Source: a virus (lineage: Duplodnaviria > Caudoviricetes). From it: a stretch of DNA of 52,544 nt. The DNA is taken from the IMG/VR virus record IMGVR_UViG_3300013188_000002, positions 1-52,544 of that record; one strand, given 5' to 3'. The notes below the pieces were generated by a model that had not been told where the DNA came from, ran no database searches, and saw only the letters and a list, made by a program, of their open reading frames with translations. This document shows positions 46,855 through 52,544 of this stretch, in pieces (position 1 is the stretch's first letter; each line of letters opens with the position of its first letter). A program made the translations under genes and the position numbers.

Positions 46855-46868
46855 GGAGGGCTTAGATC

Positions 46869-47324
46869 ATGGCTACTTATAACGACGGTAAAGGTTACAA
46901 CATGGGTACAGGTGCCGCACACGTTGCTGCAGGTATCAACAAAGTATCATCTGTAACTGTAGATCTAAACTTCGCTACTATCACTACTGAGAGAGCAGCA
47001 GCTGGTCTGACTGCACTTACAAGTGCTGATATTCTTGAAGTTATCAAAGTCCCAGCACAAACTTTGGTCACACATGTGGCTCTAGAAGTTACTACTGCTG
47101 AGGGCGGAACACTAACAGTTGACGTTGGTGACGGCGATAACCCAGATGGATACCTTGATGGTGTTAACGCTAATGCTACAGCAGCATATATTTCTGTAGC
47201 TGGAACTGACGCTTTTGAGCAAGGTAAGTTTTATACTGCTGCCGATACAATCGACATTGTGCTTAACAATGCCGCTGACGCAGCAGTTATGAAACTTACA
47301 GCTGTAATGGTTGACTGTTCATAA
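46869..47324 (+). CDS. Capsid decoration / cement-like protein
   Basis: Follows MCP with strong SD, followed by a hairpin; beta-rich, Y.AADTID motif. Confidence 0.65.
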   Translation: MATYNDGKGYNMGTGAAHVAAGINKVSSVTVDLNFATITTERAAAGLTALTSADILEVIKVPAQTLVTHVALEVTTAEGGTLTVDVGDGDNPDGYLDGVNANATAAYISVAGTDAFEQGKFYTAADTIDIVLNNAADAAVMKLTAVMVDCS

Positions 47325-47331
47325 CTTGGTT

Positions 47332-47349
47332 GGGGGGCTTCGGCCCCCC
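47332..47349 (+). terminator. GGGGGGC-TTCG-GCCCCCC hairpin after capsid genes
   Basis: Perfect 7-bp stem with cUUCGg loop; no clear U tract, so possibly a leaky terminator or mRNA stabiliser. Confidence 0.6.
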
Positions 47350-47369
47350 TCCCTACCTAGGAGGCGCAT

Positions 47370-47615
47370 ATGGCTAAGATTGATAAAAGCAAGATGGCTT
47401 GTAATAAACCTAAGCGTCAGGTCTCTGGAGGTAAAAAATTTGTTGTTAAGGCATGTCAGAACGGTAAAGAAAAGATAATTCGGTTCGGGGATGCCAATAT
47501 GAAGATTAAAAAGAATCAACCTGGGCGGCGTAAGAATTTTCGTGCAAGACACGGTTGTGATAGTAGGCCACCCTCAAAGATGACCGCACGTTATTGGTCT
47601 TGTAAAAAGTGGTGA
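47370..47615 (+). CDS. Small basic protein (RFGD..M...RKNFRARH.C....ARYWSC type)
   Basis: Recognisable conserved phage motif; SD AGGAGG. Confidence 0.85.
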   Translation: MAKIDKSKMACNKPKRQVSGGKKFVVKACQNGKEKIIRFGDANMKIKKNQPGRRKNFRARHGCDSRPPSKMTARYWSCKKW

Positions 47616-47619
47616 TAGC

Positions 47620-47781
47620 ATGGCAGCTCCTAAAGCAAAATCTAAAAAAGACGCCTGCTACTATAAAGTAAAGGCTCGCTACAAGGTTTGGCCCTCAGCT
47701 TATGCATCAGGGGCTTTGGCTAAATGCCGAAAGGTTGGAGCAGCAAACTGGGGTAATAAGAGTGGCCGTAAGAAAAAGTAA
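47620..47781 (+). CDS. Small basic protein (KKDACY.KVKARYKVWPSAYASGAL.KCRK type)
   Basis: 53-aa ORF translated by eye; motif recalled from marine phages. Confidence 0.8.
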   Translation: MAAPKAKSKKDACYYKVKARYKVWPSAYASGALAKCRKVGAANWGNKSGRKKK

Positions 47782-47998
47782 AAAGGGCGCATCGCTTCGA
47801 AAGTGGTTTAGCCAAAACGACGGCAAAGGCTGGGTAGACTGCAAAACAGGTAAACCTTGTGGACGAAGTGGGTCAAAAAGTGATAGTAAGAGGGGGTATC
47901 CAGCGTGCCGTCCTACTATGGCGCAATGTAAAACTGCAGCGGCAAAGGCGGCAATGAGGAAGAAAAGCTCGTCTAGTCGCGTTAGCTGGAAAAAATAA
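47762..47998 (+). CDS. Small basic protein (LRKWF...WVD...GKPCGR...YPACRP type)
   Basis: Probable GTG start at 47762; conserved phage motif. Confidence 0.75.
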   Translation: MAVRKSKKGASLRKWFSQNDGKGWVDCKTGKPCGRSGSKSDSKRGYPACRPTMAQCKTAAAKAAMRKKSSSSRVSWKK

Positions 47999-48008
47999 GG
48001 AGACTAAC

Positions 48009-48245
48009 ATGACCAGATGGTTAAAAAACAAAGTTGACGGCGAGATCTACGAGTGGGATCCAATCTTAGCCGAAAACCCTAAGACAGAAGAAGTTACTGA
48101 GGAGCAAGCGTTTCCTGAGAAACATATCCCTAAGAAGCAACGTGGCAGACCTGCAAAGGTAAATTTAGCTACTGAAGAGCCGGAAGCACCTGATAACACT
48201 CCTGCAGAACTGGCTGAAGAAGCATCAAGAGGGCTACCTGAATGA
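48009..48245 (+). CDS. Hypothetical protein
   Basis: SD AGGAG. Confidence 0.75.
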   Translation: MTRWLKNKVDGEIYEWDPILAENPKTEEVTEEQAFPEKHIPKKQRGRPAKVNLATEEPEAPDNTPAELAEEASRGLPE

Positions 48246-48886
48246 TTCTAAACGATGTAATCACTGAGGTTAGGCGTATCATACAAGATACCAACACACC
48301 GTTTCGCTACAGCGATGATGTATTGCTGGGGTTTGCTAATCAGGCTCTGAAGCGAATTGCTGTGTTGCGGCCTGATCTTTTTGCTTTCATCGGAGATATT
48401 ACATGTACAGACGGCGAGGTTGTTCAATCTACGCCGTCTGATTCTATTCGTCTTATAGAAATATATTCTGTAAAAAACGGTAACGGAATTATCGAGACAA
48501 ACCGTGAAGCGTTAGATCAAGCGTACCCTACATGGATGAACGACGTAGCAGGGCCAACTGTAAACTTTATGCGGCATGTTCGTAACCCCAATAAGTTTTT
48601 TATATACCCCAAGGCTCCTGCGGGGCAGATATTGGTGGGTGAATACGCGAAGACTCCACCTGACTATAGTGGTACTCAAACTGTAGAATTAATTCCTGAT
48701 GCGTATTTTCCCGTAGTTATTGACGCTACAGTATTTATTGCAGAGTCGGTGGACAACGAACACGTTAACTCTAACCGAGCGCAGTTGTTTCAGCAGTCGT
48801 TTACTCAGGCACTTGGCGTTGCTGCTCAGAGCCGTGCGATTACTGATCCTGAACGTGGCGGGCTACAAGAGGAGGACGTTGTATAA
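48242..48886 (+). CDS. Head-tail adaptor / tail tubular protein A-like
   Basis: R.IIQD...RYSD..L..F.N.A...I..LRPD and F.IYP motifs; position after capsid genes. Confidence 0.72.
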   Translation: MILNDVITEVRRIIQDTNTPFRYSDDVLLGFANQALKRIAVLRPDLFAFIGDITCTDGEVVQSTPSDSIRLIEIYSVKNGNGIIETNREALDQAYPTWMNDVAGPTVNFMRHVRNPNKFFIYPKAPAGQILVGEYAKTPPDYSGTQTVELIPDAYFPVVIDATVFIAESVDNEHVNSNRAQLFQQSFTQALGVAAQSRAITDPERGGLQEEDVV

Positions 48887-49539
48887 TGCCTAATAGAAAG
48901 TTTTCCGAATTAGTCACTAGACTCGCTCCAAGCGTCCCTGGCGCTCCTAACGTTGTTGTAGAGCAGTATGTGCGGGACGCGGCTATAGAGGCGTGTGAGC
49001 GCACTCTAGCATGGCGTCATGAGCAAGCCCCTATAAGACTTAATAAAGGCGGACATGACTATGCGTATGAACCACCAGATTACGCTGAGGTGCATGCGAT
49101 TATTACCGCTACTGTAAACGGTAATAAACTGAAGTCCGTGTCTCTAGATCATTTACATGATTTATACCCTAAGTGGCCGTATGGAGCAGCTAATGAACAG
49201 GCTGAGCCTAGATATATTACAACCATTGATGTTGATAATTTTGCTGTAGCTCCCATTCCAGACGGTATCACTAACTATGACGTTCGTATGATAGTTGCTT
49301 GTAAGCCACTAAGAACAGCGGAGGAAATGGATAAAACTGTGCTTGATGATTTAGAGAATGTGATCATGCACGGTGCGCTACAACATCTTCTGGTGCTGCC
49401 CGAGCGAACATGGAGTGATAGAGAACTAGCTTCATACCATGCAAAACAGTTTGCATATAAATTATCAGAGCGTAGAGCCAGAGCTAACCTTGGTACAGGC
49501 AGAGGTTCTATGCGTGTACAAAATCAACGATTTGCGTGA
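48886..49539 (+). CDS. Second adaptor / tail tubular-like protein
   Basis: AAIE.CERT..W, P.P, I.HGAL..L...P...WS motifs. Confidence 0.65.
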   Translation: MPNRKFSELVTRLAPSVPGAPNVVVEQYVRDAAIEACERTLAWRHEQAPIRLNKGGHDYAYEPPDYAEVHAIITATVNGNKLKSVSLDHLHDLYPKWPYGAANEQAEPRYITTIDVDNFAVAPIPDGITNYDVRMIVACKPLRTAEEMDKTVLDDLENVIMHGALQHLLVLPERTWSDRELASYHAKQFAYKLSERRARANLGTGRGSMRVQNQRFA

Positions 49540-49547
49540 GGTAAGCT

Positions 49548-49889
49548 ATGGCGGATACAATTAGATTAGTAAAAGGTGATGCAAAACCCGTTGTTATACT
49601 TACGCTTACTGATGAGTCTACCGACAGTGCTTTAGATGTTTCCCCAGCGGGTACAACTGTATCTGTGCGTTTTCGTAAAGCTAATACCGACACGCTACTT
49701 AGCACAATTACTTGTAGTAACGTTACCAATGGTACAGATGGCAAAGTTCAGTTTGATTTTTCAGGTGGCGTATTAGATAGCGTAGATGCAGGACAGTACG
49801 AAGGTGAAGTAGTTGTTACTACCTCAGGCGCTGGTACACAGACAGTATATGAACTATTAAGTTTTAGAGTAAGGGATAACCTTACATGA
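49548..49889 (+). CDS. BppU-N-like Ig-fold virion protein
   Basis: GD..P....LTD, G.V.F.F, AG.YEGEV, T.Y..L.F.VR. Confidence 0.6.
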   Translation: MADTIRLVKGDAKPVVILTLTDESTDSALDVSPAGTTVSVRFRKANTDTLLSTITCSNVTNGTDGKVQFDFSGGVLDSVDAGQYEGEVVVTTSGAGTQTVYELLSFRVRDNLT

Positions 49890-51301
49890 AGATAGGTCTT
49901 AGCGTCAGTGTAGTATCTTTTAGTGCTTTTGCTGCGGTAAGTAATATATCTGTTACTGCGGAAGCAGCATACGTAGTTGCTGATGTTGCCGCAAAAACTA
50001 TTATACTTGACAGTGCTGATCGACCTTTTGTCTTACCACAAACTAATTTAGCATCTGAATCTGTTACAGTTAGTGATGTTGGGGACGGAATTAATGTTGA
50101 AATAGATTTACAAAAAGATTTTGAAACTTTTAAGACTGACGGCCCAGATATAACTGACTCTGATCCTGTGTTTCTTGTTGAGCCTGACTTTAGTGATTCG
50201 GTAATAGTAACTGACGCGCAGCTTGTTGTAACGTTTGACGATGTAGCAGACTTTGACCCATCTACGCCAGCTGTGGATTTTGACCCTGTAAGTATTACAG
50301 AGGCTGACGCCAAAGATGTTACGGTTGCAGAGCTGGCCGATAACGACGATGTATCTGTAACCGAAGCTATCTCTAATCAACCTGATATACCTAAGTCTGA
50401 TGCTGTTACAGCTACTGAAGTTAGTGTGCTAAATCCACAACTTGCTAAATCAGAGACGTTAACTGTAACTGACGCTGTTGATGATTTTGATGTAGATAAG
50501 GTATTGGCTGACTCAGTGTCTGTTACTGAGGCTATAGAGAATGAAGTAACTTTACCTCAGTCTGATTCTGTGTCTGCTGTGCAGTCAAATGTTAAAACGT
50601 TTACATCTAATGTAGACTTTGATCTTTCCGATGCTGACGTAGACCCAGACCCAGTTACAGCTACAGATGCTATTGATGATTTTGATTTCGATAAAGGCGT
50701 TACTGACACAGCGTCTATAACTGAGTCAGATGCCAAAAACGTTACAGTTGCAGAGTTGGCTGACAGCGATACAGCTTCTGTGGTAGAGTCTATTGCGCTT
50801 GATCCTGAAAGCGTTCTGACTGATTCCCTCACAGCCGTGGAAGGGATCAAGCTTAATCCTGACATACCAGTATCCGACACTGTATCTGCTACAGAAGCGC
50901 AAGTATTTGATATGCGGCCAGAACTTTCTGATACTGCAACTGCTACGGAAAGCATAAATACTTTACTTACTCTTGGCGAGTCTAGCTATGTGTATCCAGA
51001 TTTTGTTTCTGTTTCAGATGGTTATAGAGGTGGGTTTATAGAAGAACCTTACTCTTATACCATTTCTAGTGTAGAGTATTTTGTACCTTATACAGGTGTT
51101 ATAGGATCAGCAGAAACACTCAATACTGTAATACTTAACGCTGACCGTGTAACAGCACCAGATACAAGTTCTTCTGGACTTGTTGTCAACTTTCATTATA
51201 CTGATGTTGACGAAGATGACCGCGTTATGGGCGGATACATGTATAACCAAACGCCTCTGTGTGCCGGTAACAGCACGGTAGGCCAACGAGCAATCTTGTA
51301 A
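49886..51301 (+). CDS. Acidic D/V/T/S-rich repetitive virion protein
   Basis: About 19-20-aa repeats (SD.V..TE...) and an internal duplication. Confidence 0.75.
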   Translation: MKIGLSVSVVSFSAFAAVSNISVTAEAAYVVADVAAKTIILDSADRPFVLPQTNLASESVTVSDVGDGINVEIDLQKDFETFKTDGPDITDSDPVFLVEPDFSDSVIVTDAQLVVTFDDVADFDPSTPAVDFDPVSITEADAKDVTVAELADNDDVSVTEAISNQPDIPKSDAVTATEVSVLNPQLAKSETLTVTDAVDDFDVDKVLADSVSVTEAIENEVTLPQSDSVSAVQSNVKTFTSNVDFDLSDADVDPDPVTATDAIDDFDFDKGVTDTASITESDAKNVTVAELADSDTASVVESIALDPESVLTDSLTAVEGIKLNPDIPVSDTVSATEAQVFDMRPELSDTATATESINTLLTLGESSYVYPDFVSVSDGYRGGFIEEPYSYTISSVEYFVPYTGVIGSAETLNTVILNADRVTAPDTSSSGLVVNFHYTDVDEDDRVMGGYMYNQTPLCAGNSTVGQRAIL

Positions 51302-51312
51302 AGGAGCTAACC

Positions 51313-51753
51313 ATGATCCAAGATTCTATCAAAATGACCGGTGAACTTCGTATCACGGTTACTAATCCTGAGGGTAACATTACTCAAGAAACTGTTATCC
51401 CAAACCTTGTAGTTACTGCGGGTAAAAACCTCATTGCTTCTCGGCTAAAAGACACAACTGATGGTGCTATGTCTCACATGGCTATTGGCACGGGCACAAC
51501 TGCTGCGGCAGCTGGCAACACTGCGCTAGTCACTGAAGCAGGTCGTGTTGCCCTTACTTCTACTACGGTCACAAACAACGCAGTGGCATACGTTGCTACG
51601 TTTGGAGCAGGTACAGGCACCGGTGCAATCACCGAAGCAGGTCTGTTTAACGCTAGCTCTTCAGGCACAATGTTGTGCCGCACAGTGTTTTCTGTTATCA
51701 ACAAAGGAGCAGCTGATACTCTAGGTATTACATGGACTGTCACTGTTAACTAA
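51313..51753 (+). CDS. Tail protein (NLVVT.G, H.AIGTG, ITEAGLFNA type)
   Basis: Conserved phage tail-associated motif set; SD AAGGAG. Confidence 0.8.
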   Translation: MIQDSIKMTGELRITVTNPEGNITQETVIPNLVVTAGKNLIASRLKDTTDGAMSHMAIGTGTTAAAAGNTALVTEAGRVALTSTTVTNNAVAYVATFGAGTGTGAITEAGLFNASSSGTMLCRTVFSVINKGAADTLGITWTVTVN

Positions 51754-51764
51754 GGAATCGTAAG

Positions 51765-52544
51765 ATGGGCTTGAAATTTGCTAACAATGCCTTCGGCACG
51801 CTAAGTGCTGGTATAACAAATTCAGCTACGAGTATCACCCTTTCTAGTGGGCAGGGTGCTCGTTTCCCTACTCTTGCCGTTGGTGACTATTTCTACGCAA
51901 CGTTAATTGACACTAGCAATAACTTAGAGATTGTAAAAGTTACAGCTAGGTCTACTGATGTTTTGACTGCTACACGAGCGCAAGATAACACTACAGCTCG
52001 TGCATTTGCTATCGGAGATCGTATAGAGCTTCGTATTACAGCAGCTACGCTTGAAGAAGTAGTATCAGGGGCTACAGTTTTAACCGACCAAAGTCCTCAG
52101 TTGGGCGGCAATTTGGACTTAAATAGCCAAGACATCACAGGCACGGGTAACATAGATATTACCGGTGACATTGATGCTTCTAGCGAATTTAAGATAGGCG
52201 GCACAGTTTTAGCTGACAGTGATGGGATTCATGTACCTCAGCTATCATCTAACCCTTCTTCTCCTGTAGAAGGTCAGATGTATTACAATACAACCAATAA
52301 AGTTATCTATAATTGGGATGGCAGCCAGTGGCTACAAATGTCCAATAAGTTTACAGGCAGCGGCGGAACTGAAAGCACTTCAGGTGGCTACAAATTTCAC
52401 TTATTTACTACGTCTGGTACTTTTGTAGCTGATACAGCAGGTATAATTGACGTTCTTATTATAGCTGGCGGCGGCGGAGGCGGCGGCTGGGGCGGCGGAG
52501 GCGGAGCCGGTGGGCTTGTTGACGCTACTTCTGCGTCTATTAGT
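51765..52544 (+). CDS. Tail fibre, N-terminal part (3' truncated), entering a Gly-rich domain
   Basis: MGLKFANNAFGTLSAGIT...; SPQLGGNLDLN; G..YYNTT....WDG..W; H.FT.SGTF...LIIAGGGGGG; open to window end. Confidence 0.88.
   Translation, partial: MGLKFANNAFGTLSAGITNSATSITLSSGQGARFPTLAVGDYFYATLIDTSNNLEIVKVTARSTDVLTATRAQDNTTARAFAIGDRIELRITAATLEEVVSGATVLTDQSPQLGGNLDLNSQDITGTGNIDITGDIDASSEFKIGGTVLADSDGIHVPQLSSNPSSPVEGQMYYNTTNKVIYNWDGSQWLQMSNKFTGSGGTESTSGGYKFHLFTTSGTFVADTAGIIDVLIIAGGGGGGGWGGGGGAGGLVDATSASIS

Overview
Near-complete genome (~52.5 kb) of a tailed dsDNA phage with podovirus-type gene content. The contig appears circularly permuted and broken inside a glycine-rich tail-fibre gene (N-terminus at 51765-52544, C-terminus at 2-370). 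There are two divergent arms. The + strand (39228 to the end, then 1-21100) carries packaging, head, tail, lysis and ejection genes: TerS/TerL, portal, scaffold, major capsid, adaptors, fibres, 3TM holin, GH108 endolysin, nozzle, an SLT-bearing internal protein and a 2580-aa internal virion protein. The - strand (38892 to 21097) carries early and replication genes: two paralogous leading genes, a TraR/DksA-like Zn finger, a MoxR AAA / DUF3150-like / metallopeptidase-vWA cluster, an HslV-like Ntn peptidase, family A DNA polymerase, Cas4-like nuclease, VRR-NUC, SNF2 helicase and primase-helicase. I saw no integrase, RNA polymerase, tRNA or CRISPR array. The most notable observations are (i) a small basic gene with its own Shine-Dalgarno nested out of frame inside the giant virion gene, (ii) the AAA/vWA-peptidase/HslV-like cluster, (iii) a shared [YM]xxGG motif in several unrelated late proteins, and (iv) a repeat- and hairpin-rich control region at 37450-39230. 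Family assignments come from motif recognition and recall only; no database searches were run.
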